This document shows, in pieces, positions 37,954 to 47,430 of a DNA stretch of 64,000 bases. The notes under the pieces are model-generated. The model was given only the letters and a program-made list of their open reading frames with translations. It did not search any database and was not told the DNA's origin. The position numbers were made by a program, and so were the translations under genes. Origin of the DNA: a bacterium (GTDB lineage Bacteria > Patescibacteriota > Minisyncoccia > Phycocordibacterales > UBA5272); contig JAHFMX010000001.1 of NCBI GenBank assembly GCA_023267635.1, positions 3,800-67,799 of the forward strand, written 5' to 3'. Within the stretch, counting starts at the first letter, position 1; each line of letters starts with the position of its first letter.

Positions 37954-39492
37954 ATGCAACCTAATTTAAAAAGAGCTGTTGGATATTATCGTGTATCCAC
38001 AAAAGAACAAGTTGAGGAAGGGAACAGTCTTTCTACTCAAGAGAAAATTTGTAAAGAATGGTCTCGTAAAAATAATTACGAAATAGTAGAACAGTTTATT
38101 GAACAAGGAGAGAGTGCGAAAACTGCGGATAGAACAGAGTTACAAAAACTTTTTATTTATTGTGCTAATAAAAAGAATAACATTGAAGCTGTTATCATCT
38201 ACAAACTAGACCGTATAAGCCGTAACACTGATGACTACAGTCAAATTCGTCTTCTGTTAAAGAAATATGGGGTAGAAATAAAATCTACCACAGAGTTCTT
38301 TGAGGATACTCCTGTGGGTCGTTTTATGGAGAATACAATGGCTAACATTGCACAGTTTGATAACGATATACGCTCTGAGCGTTCAGGTGGCGGTATGCGA
38401 GAAGCTGTTCGTGATGGTCGTTATGTGTGGATGGCACCTGTTGGATATATCAATACTAAAGTAAATGGTAAAGCTACCATTGCTCAAGACCCACTAATGG
38501 CTTCACTTGTTCGTGAAACTTTTGAACTTATTTTAAAAGGCACTCGCACAGTAGAAGAGGTTCGAGTAATTATGGAAGAACGAGGTCTTACTCTTAAAAA
38601 TGGTAAACCACTTGGAAAGTCATACTTCTATAAAGTATTTAAGAATAAGCTATATATGGGGATAATTGAAAAGTTTAATGAAACCCACAAAGGTCTATTT
38701 GAACCAATCATCTCTGAGGATGTATTTAATCAAGTCCAACGTATTCTAAGTGGGAAAGGACGTAAGGAGGTTCAGTATAAAAAAGATAGTGATGATTTTC
38801 CTCTTCGTCGTTTTGTGATAGACAAAGAGAGTAGAAAAATTACTGGAAGTTTTTCAAAAGGAAGAAAAGGTATCAGATATCCATTCTATCGCTTTGGTGG
38901 GAACGGCTCGAATTATAACCGAGATAAATTTGAAGAGCGGTATCAATTATACGTAGATAAATTTTCTTTTACAGAAGAACAGAAGGAAAAATTAGCATCT
39001 AAGATACGAGAACATTTCGGTGTGGCAGTAGAGAAAGAAAAGAAGGATGTTAAAAAACTTTCTTTACGCATCTCTGAACTTCAAACACAACAAACCTCAC
39101 TTATAGATAAAAATCTTAAAGGCATTATTAGTGACGAATTACTCACAAGGCAACTTAGCACCATTGAAGAAGAGTTAATCAGTACAAAACTTAATCTCAC
39201 AAATGCAGAGCAAGTTACTTTTGATGTTGATAAGGCGATGAGTATAATTTCACCATTCCTGAAGACACCTAGTGAGGTGTGGGAGATGGCAGAAATTGAT
39301 AATAAACTCAAATTACAGTGGTTCCAATTCCCATCTGGAGTGTTCTTTGATGGAGAAATATTTGGAACCACTAAAGTAGCTAGTATTTACAATGTAAAAT
39401 CCACGTTTTTGGACGTGGATTCTACTGCTGTGGGCGATAGAGGAGTCGAACCTCTGACATCCACAACGTCAATGTGGCGCTCTACCAACTGA
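37954..39492 (+). CDS. Large serine recombinase (resolvase/invertase N-terminal domain + recombinase domain + zinc ribbon)
   Basis: N-terminus AVGYYRVSTKEQ (catalytic Ser motif) ...IYKLDRISRN; 512 aa; the last 62 nt (about 20 codons) overlap tRNA-Val on the opposite strand. Confidence 0.85.
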   Translation: MQPNLKRAVGYYRVSTKEQVEEGNSLSTQEKICKEWSRKNNYEIVEQFIEQGESAKTADRTELQKLFIYCANKKNNIEAVIIYKLDRISRNTDDYSQIRLLLKKYGVEIKSTTEFFEDTPVGRFMENTMANIAQFDNDIRSERSGGGMREAVRDGRYVWMAPVGYINTKVNGKATIAQDPLMASLVRETFELILKGTRTVEEVRVIMEERGLTLKNGKPLGKSYFYKVFKNKLYMGIIEKFNETHKGLFEPIISEDVFNQVQRILSGKGRKEVQYKKDSDDFPLRRFVIDKESRKITGSFSKGRKGIRYPFYRFGGNGSNYNRDKFEERYQLYVDKFSFTEEQKEKLASKIREHFGVAVEKEKKDVKKLSLRISELQTQQTSLIDKNLKGIISDELLTRQLSTIEEELISTKLNLTNAEQVTFDVDKAMSIISPFLKTPSEVWEMAEIDNKLKLQWFQFPSGVFFDGEIFGTTKVASIYNVKSTFLDVDSTAVGDRGVEPLTSTTSMWRSTN

Positions 39493-39503
39493 GCTAACCG
39501 CCC
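39431..39503 (-). tRNA. tRNA-Val (anticodon GAC)
   Basis: Hand-folded cloverleaf: acceptor GGGCGGT/ATCGCCC, D-arm GCTC-AGTTGGTA-GAGC, anticodon stem CCACA/TGTGG with loop TTGACGT, T-arm AGAGG-TTCGACT-CCTCT, discriminator A; no encoded CCA. Confidence 0.8.
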
Positions 39504-39544
39504 GAATGTCTTAAATATACCATATCAAATAGACCTCTCCCAAG

Positions 39545-39573
39545 TTGAAAGAAGTGTCATTTCGTGGTAGTAT
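39545..39573 (+). promoter_or_regulatory. Sigma70-like promoter upstream of tRNA-Glu (TTGAAA-17-TAGTAT)
   Basis: -35 ttgaaa at 39545..39550, 17-nt spacer, -10 tagtat at 39568..39573, about 45 nt upstream of the tRNA. Confidence 0.4.
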
Positions 39574-39620
39574 ATTTTTTACTTGGCTGTACTATTGTTA
39601 CCTGGTACAGACATATTGAC

Positions 39621-39692
39621 GGCCCCATCGTCTATCGGTTAGGACACCGGCTTTTCATGCCGGTAAGCGGAGTTCGACTCTCCGTGGGGTCA
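39621..39692 (+). tRNA. tRNA-Glu (anticodon TTC)
   Basis: Acceptor GGCCCCA/TGGGGTC, anticodon stem CCGGC/GCCGG with loop TTTTCAT, T-arm CGGAG-TTCGACT-CTCCG, discriminator A. Confidence 0.8.
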
Positions 39693-39798
39693 CCGAGTCG
39701 AGTGCTAGTTCGAGCACTCGAGAAGGGTCGTCACAGACCCTAAAAACAAAAAGAGCTAACGAATATTTCGTTAGCTCTTTTTGTTAGAAAAGTTACTT

Positions 39799-41082
39799 TT
39801 ACACTTGAATAGAAATAGTTTTATTTTTCAAAACTAAGTTACTTTTTATACAATCAAGAACCGACCTTTTTTCTAAAACTGTCCCATCCCTCAAAACAAA
39901 TTTCATATAATTTCTCAAGTCTACTTTTTGTATATCTGCTGTATTATCTTTTCCCAAAAACATTGCTTGCAGTTTCTTAAATTTCTTGATTTCAAGATTT
40001 AACTTCTCGTTGAGTTGTACCTCGTTAAGATCTAGAGTGCTTGCCATTTTCTGAAATTCTTTCAGCAGATCATCTTCGTTTATAGCAGAATTTGTACACT
40101 TTCTGTCTTTGGATTTCGTACATCGATAATATACATGTCTGTTTACTCCGCCACTTTTTAATTTCTTAAATTTCTCATCTGCTGTAATTCCAGATCCACA
40201 TGCTCCGCATTTAACTATTCGAGTAAAGGCAAATTCCTTTCCGTGACTTTTAATAACCTGTGTCTTAATAGAAGCACGAACATCATCGAAGAGTTCTTTT
40301 GTTATTATCGGCTCATGTTTACCCTCGTACCAATTTCCACTTCCCTGTGGGAATTCAAATCTACCGTAATAGAAAGTATTATTGATAATTTTAAAGATGT
40401 TTCCGATACTTAAATAAAACCCTCGATGTGTCTTAAAGTTAATTTCATATCTTAGCCATGAATATACTCTCATGCCACTCCATCTTTCATATGCAATCTT
40501 CTCAAATATCTGCTTAATAATCGGTGCGCGATCCGGATCAATTTCAACCTCACATTTTGCTAGTCTTTCATTTGGTTTTCTGTATCCAGTTGGTGGTTGT
40601 ACTGGCCATAGTCCCATTTCGCACCTTGCTCTCATTCCTCTTTTAACATTAATACTTTTATTATCATTCTCCAACTTCGCTTGAGAACAAAGAATCATTA
40701 AAAGAAACTTATCACTCGGAGAGTTAGTAAATGTCTGACCAAATGTTTTAATTTGAGCTAGTTTCTTTTGATCTATTCTATCTACAAGCTTCCCCAGATC
40801 TCCTGCATTTCTCGAAAGTCTATCGGGTGCCCAAGTAATTATTGCGTTAAAGATACCATCATCAATATCTTTTAAAATCTCTTCAAACACGGGCCGTTGC
40901 CCCGACTCTTTCGCCGAGTGAGATTCTTTTCTTATTTCTGTAACATTCAAACCTTCACGCTCGGCTATTTGCCTCATCTCTTTAATTTGAGAATCAATAG
41001 AAAGAGCTTGTTTTTCTTCAGCTTCGGTTGATTTACGAGCATATAAACAATACTTTAAGTTATCTTTTGTTGTTTCTATCAT
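39799..41082 (-). CDS. Large serine recombinase (paralog of 60687..62006)
   Basis: KYCLYARKSTE (catalytic Ser), SIDSQ, TWAPDRLSRNAGDLG, C-terminal CGACGSG zinc ribbon; 427 aa. Confidence 0.85.
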   Translation of the reverse strand: MIETTKDNLKYCLYARKSTEAEEKQALSIDSQIKEMRQIAEREGLNVTEIRKESHSAKESGQRPVFEEILKDIDDGIFNAIITWAPDRLSRNAGDLGKLVDRIDQKKLAQIKTFGQTFTNSPSDKFLLMILCSQAKLENDNKSINVKRGMRARCEMGLWPVQPPTGYRKPNERLAKCEVEIDPDRAPIIKQIFEKIAYERWSGMRVYSWLRYEINFKTHRGFYLSIGNIFKIINNTFYYGRFEFPQGSGNWYEGKHEPIITKELFDDVRASIKTQVIKSHGKEFAFTRIVKCGACGSGITADEKFKKLKSGGVNRHVYYRCTKSKDRKCTNSAINEDDLLKEFQKMASTLDLNEVQLNEKLNLEIKKFKKLQAMFLGKDNTADIQKVDLRNYMKFVLRDGTVLEKRSVLDCIKSNLVLKNKTISIQV

Positions 41083-41390
41083 ATATACATTAATGACAGA
41101 ACCATAATCCCTGCATAGTCTATGCAGAACTAAAAATGCGTAGCATGGTCGCGATACCTCCTTTATTTATGGGTCCTTTTGTGATAAAATTTGAATTGTA
41201 CCCCATAGTGTTTTTTATATTTAGTGCTTTGTCCCCGAAAGGACTGTTTTCTCTCACCTGTTATAGGCAAAGAGGGGCAGTCCGAGTTCCATAACAGGAA
41301 CCTTTCGGGGTAGCACCGCTATGGGGTACGGCTCGGCTGTCCCTTTTTGTCTTTTTAATTAGCGACAGCCGAGACATAGATCCGTACCCT

Positions 41391-43097
41391 ATGTCTCACA
41401 ACAACTCTGAAAAAGAGCTTTTAGCTCATATAAGTGATCTCGAAAAACAAGTTAAGGTCTTGAAAGACCGGAAGAAATTTGGACTGGTTTGGGAGGATAA
41501 ACCGGAAGATGTCGTTTTACAATGCGAAACAAATGTTCCAATTCTGAGAGAGATTAAAAATAGAAAGTTAGTTTCTGATAATCATATACATTCCAATATT
41601 TTAGTCGAAGGAGATAATTATCACTCACTTTCTGTTTTGAACTATACACATAAGAGTAAGATCGATTTAATTTATATTGATCCACCGTATAACACAGGCG
41701 CAACAGATTGGAGATATAACAATGATTATGTTGATAGCAATGATCAATGGCGACACAGCAAGTGGATTTCTTTAATGAGAAATCGACTATCTTTAGCAAA
41801 AAATCTTCTATCAGAAAGAGGAATAATTTATTGTGCTATCGATCACTATGAATTGTTCACACTAGGATTGCTGTGTGATGAAATTTTTGGTGAATCAAAC
41901 AGACTTGGCGTTATAACGGTTATTCATAAACCTGAAGGAAGACAATTTGCTAACTTCTTTAGCCCATCGAATGAGTTTATGTTGGTATATGCAAAAAATA
42001 AGGCGTATGCTTCTTTAAACCAAGTAATTTTAGATGATGAACAGAAGGAACGTTTTTCTGAGTTTGATGATAAGGGATCGTATTATCTAAAAAACTTTAT
42101 AAGATTGACTGATGGTAAATATAGTCTGAGAGAAAATGCTCCTGATGGTTTTTATCCAATATACGTCAGTGAAGATCTAGGCTCATTTAGTTTAGAAAAT
42201 AAGAAAGGTTACCTCGAAGTATACCCAATTACAGACAGAGGTGTAGAAAGAACATGGAAAACCTATGGGGACACTTTTATGAAGAAAGTGGATGAAGGAA
42301 ACATTATTGCAAAATCAGAAAATGGAAAGATAAATATATACGAAAAGCTTCGTGAAGATCAGGTTATTAAAACCCATTGGAATAAAAAAGAATATCACGC
42401 ATATCATTACGGGACAAAGATTATTGAAGAAATACTAGGAGTCAAAAAGTTTGACTTCCCAAAGTCATTAAACCTTCTCATTGATGTTTTAAAACTAAGC
42501 ACACAAAAAGATTCAACAGTTTTAGACTTCTTTGCGGGATCAGGAACAACTGGACATGCAGTTTTGGAGCTCAACAAACAAGATGGCGGAAATAGAAGGT
42601 TCATCCTCTGTACCAATAATGAAAACCAGATTGCTGAGGAAGTTACTTACGAACGCATCAAGCGTGTAATCAAAGGATACAAGAATAAGAAAGGAGAAAA
42701 AGTTGAAGGACTTGGAGGTAATTTGTCGTACTACAAAACTGATGTCGTAGATATTGAAAGACTGCAGAGGATTTCAGACGAATCAAAGATCAAGATCACG
42801 TATCAAGCAGGAGAAATGATTGCTATTCGTGAGAATACTTTAAATGAATACGACAAAAACGATTGGTGGCAGATTTTTGAAAACGAAGAAAAGAAAACTG
42901 CTATTTATTTCAAGGAAGATAAATCAAAACTTCCTGAGCTGGTAAAACTTCTTGAAAAAGAAAACAAGCCGACCGTTCTTTATATCTTTGGCTGGGGTAA
43001 GAACGAATACAAAAACGAGTATTCGACCAAGAATATAAAAGTCGAAGATATTCCAGAACCAATTATTGAGGTCTATAAAGAAATAAATAGAATTTAA
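41391..43097 (+). CDS. Type III R-M system DNA methyltransferase (Mod), beta-class
   Basis: Motif IV IYIDPPYNTG precedes motif I DFFAGSGTTGHAV; 568 aa; 4-nt gap to the downstream helicase-nuclease. Confidence 0.7.
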   Translation: MSHNNSEKELLAHISDLEKQVKVLKDRKKFGLVWEDKPEDVVLQCETNVPILREIKNRKLVSDNHIHSNILVEGDNYHSLSVLNYTHKSKIDLIYIDPPYNTGATDWRYNNDYVDSNDQWRHSKWISLMRNRLSLAKNLLSERGIIYCAIDHYELFTLGLLCDEIFGESNRLGVITVIHKPEGRQFANFFSPSNEFMLVYAKNKAYASLNQVILDDEQKERFSEFDDKGSYYLKNFIRLTDGKYSLRENAPDGFYPIYVSEDLGSFSLENKKGYLEVYPITDRGVERTWKTYGDTFMKKVDEGNIIAKSENGKINIYEKLREDQVIKTHWNKKEYHAYHYGTKIIEEILGVKKFDFPKSLNLLIDVLKLSTQKDSTVLDFFAGSGTTGHAVLELNKQDGGNRRFILCTNNENQIAEEVTYERIKRVIKGYKNKKGEKVEGLGGNLSYYKTDVVDIERLQRISDESKIKITYQAGEMIAIRENTLNEYDKNDWWQIFENEEKKTAIYFKEDKSKLPELVKLLEKENKPTVLYIFGWGKNEYKNEYSTKNIKVEDIPEPIIEVYKEINRI

Positions 43098-43101
43098 TCA
43101 T

Positions 43102-45429
43102 ATGTTTGCACTTAAACCATTCCAAGAAACAGCGATAGCTAAACTGAAGGATCAGTTTCTTTCATTATGGAAATCGCCACACGATAACATACCTCTTATC
43201 TTTAAATCTCCAACCGGATCAGGGAAAACGATCATGCTAGCCCAATTTCTCCGTGATCTTATAGGAGATCCTCGATTTTATGGAAACGATGTTGCCTTTG
43301 TATGGCTTACTTTTAACGAAGAATCGTATGTACAAAGTAAAAACAAACTCTTTTCATACTATGGTGGTGCTTCCGAACTAGACCTTTTGGATCTTAACGA
43401 CCTCACCAGAGGAAAATTGAATAAAAATTCTGTTTTCTTTATCAACTGGCAAAAAGTCAAAGGAAAATCAAAAGAAAGTAGAAAACTCCGAAAAGATAAT
43501 GAGTGGGGTTTAACCTTTGATAGTTTTATAGAAAAAACAAAAAATGACGGTCGCAAGTTTGTAGTAATAATCGACGAAGAACATATTGGATCCGATACAG
43601 AGCTTGCACAGGAAATCATTGATGGCCTTATTCAGCCGAAAATAACTATCCGTGTTTCTGCTACACCTAAATATCTCCCAAACGCAGAAGATATCGCTGA
43701 ACAAAAAGGTGGATTTGTGCAAGCAAAGCGAGAAGATGTTATTGAAGCAGGACTGATTAAGGAAAAGATTATTTTCCAGACGGAAGAAGATCTCAATCGA
43801 AAGGACTTCAAAGGAATGGATCAGGACGAAATTCTTCTTGAACTTGCATACCAAAAGCGATTAGATCTCATTGAATACTATAAAGAGGTCGGTGTCGAAG
43901 TGAATCCTCTTGTAATGATCCAGCTCCCCAATGACGATCAAGCAAGCAAAGATATAACTACAACTAATAAACAATCTATAGTTCTTAGCTATTTTAAAGA
44001 AAAAGGAGTGTTGGAAGATGAAATTGCTATTTGGCTTTCTCAGGAAAAAATAAACTTAGAATCCATCGAGGATAATAAGTCACCAATATCATTCTTACTC
44101 TTTAAACAAGCCGCTGCTACTGGCTGGGATTGCCCCAGAGCGAGTGTTTTAGTTATGTTCAGAGAGATCAGAAACCCAACATTCGCTATTCAAACTGTTG
44201 GTCGTATTTTGCGTATGCCTTTTGGTATACATTTTGCAATACCAGAATTGAATCTTGGTTATCTATACACGAACTACAAGCGAAATGAGGTGTTAGCAGA
44301 ATATGGAAAGAATAAGACCGACAATCGTCCTGCTATTTATGGAAGTTATAGAAAACCAGAGATTGAATCAATAACAGTTGAATCGGTATTTATGAGCCGA
44401 ACTGATTATAATGACCTCGGAGACTCTTTCCAAGAGACATTTAATGAAGTGGCAAACAAATACTTTGGAATTGGAAAGGATAATCCTGCTCAGGTAATCA
44501 AGAAACTAGAAGCAAAGAGTTTAGAAACTAAACCAAGTGTCACTAATGGTCTTATCGTAGGAGTTGAAATTGACGACTATGATAATTTCACCAAAGAACT
44601 AATTACTGAAGGAGGAAGCCATGACCAAGAAATATCTCAGCATGATCTTGAGCGACTTTATAATTTGCTTTGTTTTAAATTTGTCTCTCATCAAGCTGAT
44701 GAAAACAAAAAGTTTGCTCCTGAACGATCTTGGGGCAAGTTAAAGACAGCACTTAATGTGTGGCTCTTAAAAGTAACTGGAGAAAATCGTCAGAATATCT
44801 ACAAGATTGTAGTAAACGATCTGCTCAGCCCGACAAGCATATTTGCTCCTATTATTGGTATGGCTCTTGAGCAATATCGTCCAATTCGTGAGAAAGAAGT
44901 AAACAAAAAATCTGAACGTTCAAAGCGAGTTGAAACTATCGAGATTCCACGAGAGACACTTTTCTTCACGGATCAGTATGAAGAGATAGAAGTTAAAAAG
45001 TGTGCTATGCAACCTTTTTATATCGAGAAAGATTATAAAGGGGAAGACAATGAAAAAGAGTTTATTAAATTCCTTGAATCAAGCAAAGACGTAGTTTGGT
45101 GGTATAAAAATGGAGATTCAGGAAGTGAGTTCTTTTCGATTTCTTATTATAATCAAGACGAAAATAAGGAAAAACTTTTTTACCCCGATTGGATATTTAG
45201 GACAAAAGATACCGTTTATATCGTAGACACAAAGAAAGGATCTACTGCTGAAATATCCGATACTAAATACAAAGCAGAAGCATTGCAAGAATGGCTTAAA
45301 AGCAAGAAAAACTTTGCAGGAGGTATTGTTGTTCAAGACGGCCCAAACGGCTGGAAGATCAACCAGAATGACAAATACTCTTACACTCCCTCTTTTGATA
45401 AATGGAACAACTTGAAAGATGTTCTATGA
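43102..45429 (+). CDS. Type III restriction enzyme Res subunit (helicase + C-terminal PD-(D/E)xK)
   Basis: Walker A SPTGSGKT, DEEH box IIDEEH, C-terminal YPDWIFRTKDTVYIVDTKKG nuclease motif. Confidence 0.65.
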   Translation: MFALKPFQETAIAKLKDQFLSLWKSPHDNIPLIFKSPTGSGKTIMLAQFLRDLIGDPRFYGNDVAFVWLTFNEESYVQSKNKLFSYYGGASELDLLDLNDLTRGKLNKNSVFFINWQKVKGKSKESRKLRKDNEWGLTFDSFIEKTKNDGRKFVVIIDEEHIGSDTELAQEIIDGLIQPKITIRVSATPKYLPNAEDIAEQKGGFVQAKREDVIEAGLIKEKIIFQTEEDLNRKDFKGMDQDEILLELAYQKRLDLIEYYKEVGVEVNPLVMIQLPNDDQASKDITTTNKQSIVLSYFKEKGVLEDEIAIWLSQEKINLESIEDNKSPISFLLFKQAAATGWDCPRASVLVMFREIRNPTFAIQTVGRILRMPFGIHFAIPELNLGYLYTNYKRNEVLAEYGKNKTDNRPAIYGSYRKPEIESITVESVFMSRTDYNDLGDSFQETFNEVANKYFGIGKDNPAQVIKKLEAKSLETKPSVTNGLIVGVEIDDYDNFTKELITEGGSHDQEISQHDLERLYNLLCFKFVSHQADENKKFAPERSWGKLKTALNVWLLKVTGENRQNIYKIVVNDLLSPTSIFAPIIGMALEQYRPIREKEVNKKSERSKRVETIEIPRETLFFTDQYEEIEVKKCAMQPFYIEKDYKGEDNEKEFIKFLESSKDVVWWYKNGDSGSEFFSISYYNQDENKEKLFYPDWIFRTKDTVYIVDTKKGSTAEISDTKYKAEALQEWLKSKKNFAGGIVVQDGPNGWKINQNDKYSYTPSFDKWNNLKDVL

Positions 45430-45489
45430 GACAAGTGCAAACTATCTTCAACGATAAATAATTATGACTATGAAACCTAGTCGAATTTT

Positions 45490-46545
45490 TTAGTCAGTAT
45501 TACTCATGGTAAAGAAATAATTATTCTTTAACCTCTCAGAAAATCTGTAAGTATCAGCATGAGAAAGAACGCCGAGATAGGACATTAAAGTTGCATGTAC
45601 TTTGTCTTTTGGGATTTCTTCTCGCTTATAGAGTAATATCTTTTCATTTATTTTCCGCAAAGCACGTTTCTGTGTACGCTTACGAACCAAAGTAAAATGT
45701 GGGAATAATACATATCCAAGATAATCAATACCACGATTAAATTTAGTAATCGAGATTTTCTTCGGGTGTATTTGGATCTTCATTTTTTCTTTTAGAAAAG
45801 AACGTATCTGAGACAATAAATGTATGAGATATTCTTTATTCTCGCTTACTACAACAAAGTCATCAGTATATCGTGCATAATGTTTCACCTTGAGTTCGTG
45901 CTTCATAAATTGATCAAAAACATCCATATACACATTCGCAAAAAGTTGAGACGTTAAGTTACCAATTGGTAAACCGCATCTCTCAAAGAGAGTAGATCTA
46001 CTACTTGTAAAACTTTCCACCACTTCTGTCAGGAGGTCCATCAGTTCCTGGTCCTTGATCCGGGAATCAAGCATGGAAAGTAAAATCTCGTGATTAATTG
46101 AATCGAAAAACTTCTCTATATCGCACTTCAAAATATATACATTTCTTGTGTTATTTTTACTTGCTTTGTAGAGCATGGAACGTAGCGCGCTAACTCCTTT
46201 ATGAGTACCTTTACCAATACGACACGAGAAAGAATTATAAATAAAAGTCTTCTCATAGAGTGGGTATAAAGTACTCATGATTGCATGATGAAGTACTCTG
46301 TCTCTCACTTGCGCTTTATGTATATGGCGACGTTTAGGATCTGAAATATAGAACCCGGTATACCCACTGTGGCGATAGGTATGAGATTTTAGTTCTCTGT
46401 GAAGCGAGAATATTTCTCGTTCAAGACTTTTCTCAAAAAGAAGTACATCCGCTTTCTTTTTCTTGTCACGCCTGAACTCTTCCCAAGCGAAAAACAGATT
46501 TTCTGGAGTAATAAGCTTATTAAATAAATTCGTATAGATTCTCAT
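45490..46545 (-). CDS. Diversity-generating retroelement (DGR) reverse transcriptase
   Basis: RT motifs; YARYTDDFVVV (YxDD catalytic box); LPIGNLTSQLFANVYM (the IGxxxSQ motif characteristic of DGR RTs); lies next to Avd, TR and VR. The track lists 45490..46605; the likely start is MRIYTNLF... at 46545. Confidence 0.8.
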   Translation of the reverse strand: MRIYTNLFNKLITPENLFFAWEEFRRDKKKKADVLLFEKSLEREIFSLHRELKSHTYRHSGYTGFYISDPKRRHIHKAQVRDRVLHHAIMSTLYPLYEKTFIYNSFSCRIGKGTHKGVSALRSMLYKASKNNTRNVYILKCDIEKFFDSINHEILLSMLDSRIKDQELMDLLTEVVESFTSSRSTLFERCGLPIGNLTSQLFANVYMDVFDQFMKHELKVKHYARYTDDFVVVSENKEYLIHLLSQIRSFLKEKMKIQIHPKKISITKFNRGIDYLGYVLFPHFTLVRKRTQKRALRKINEKILLYKREEIPKDKVHATLMSYLGVLSHADTYRFSERLKNNYFFTMSNTD

Positions 46546-46890
46546 ATGAATGATAATGATGTTCCAATATTGCGTAAAATTCATGAGTTGTATAAGACAT
46601 TCCATGAATACAGAAATCTAGTTCCCAAACAAGAACGATTCTCTGTGTACGAACGTACAGAAAATATCATCATTGATATCCTTGAGCTTGTGCTTGAGGC
46701 AAGTTATATTCCCAAAGAAAGAAAAGTAATTCTTCTAGAAAAGACGAGCGTAAAACTCAATATCGTGAGATTTTTTATTCGTCTTATGAAAGAAAGTAAA
46801 AGTCTTGATCTGAAGAAATATACACTCCTGCAAGGAATCATTGATGAGGTTGGTCGTATGCTTGGTGGCTGGATAAAGTCTAGTAAGTAA
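46546..46890 (+). CDS. Accessory variability determinant (Avd) of the DGR
   Basis: 114 aa, helical, C-terminal ...DEVGRMLGGWIKSSK resembles the Bordetella phage bAvd C-terminus (EVGRxLGxW) as recalled. On the opposite strand to the RT; the two start codons abut in CATATG. Confidence 0.55.
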   Translation: MNDNDVPILRKIHELYKTFHEYRNLVPKQERFSVYERTENIIIDILELVLEASYIPKERKVILLEKTSVKLNIVRFFIRLMKESKSLDLKKYTLLQGIIDEVGRMLGGWIKSSK

Positions 46891-46939
46891 TAACAAAAGG
46901 TATCCGCTACGGATACCTTTTGCGCTTAATTGATACTTC

Positions 46940-47059
46940 GGAACGAAGGCGGACACCGAGCCATAGTTGTCATTGGCATTCGACACGTTGTTGGTGTTGA
47001 ACTTGAGCTTGTCGTCGTTGAAGTTGAAGAGCGGAGACCCCGAGAAGTCGCCATCCGCA
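46940..47059 (-). repeat. DGR template repeat (TR)
   Basis: 120-nt match to 47441..47560 with 18 mismatches, every one at a TR adenine in the minus (coding-sense) orientation; AAC-rich when read in frame (NFNDDKLKFNTNNVSNANDNY). Confidence 0.8.
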
Positions 47060-47345
47060 ACCGGAGCTTTTACCACTTTCTGCCCATTCCACAAATCACG
47101 AAGTATGATATTTCGCATAAGTCACGATTCTGTATTTAATCTGACAACACAATTGCTTGTTTGTCTTAGAAAGCAGTAAGCAGTATCTCTAGAGCAACAA
47201 CACTGTCACAAAAACCGTAATCGTTGTGATCCTGATTGCATTTTCTCACAGGAGAAAGAGTTCGGTGATAGTAATCCGTGAACTACTATGCACTAACCTA
47301 GACTCACTAGGTAGTATATCAAAAATATAAAAATTGCCTTCGGCA

Positions 47346-47374
47346 AAAGAAAAAATGGCCTCGCAAGCGAGGCC
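47346..47374 (-). terminator. Rho-independent terminator after the DGR target gene
   Basis: GGCCTCGC-aagc-GCGAGGCC hairpin followed on the minus strand by AUUUUUUCUUUU. Confidence 0.55.
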
Positions 47375-47430
47375 ATTCAAGGGTTCAAGGATCAAGGAGC
47401 CAGAAGACTCAAGACCCCAAGGTGGAAGGA

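Noticed and set aside
46735-47118. 127-aa minus-strand ORF in the track
   Set aside because: It is the DGR template repeat read in the VR frame (NANDNYGSVSAFVP mirrors the target C-terminus DADDYYGSVSAFVP). TRs are typically in frame by construction, so it is a TR-associated ORF, not an independent gene.
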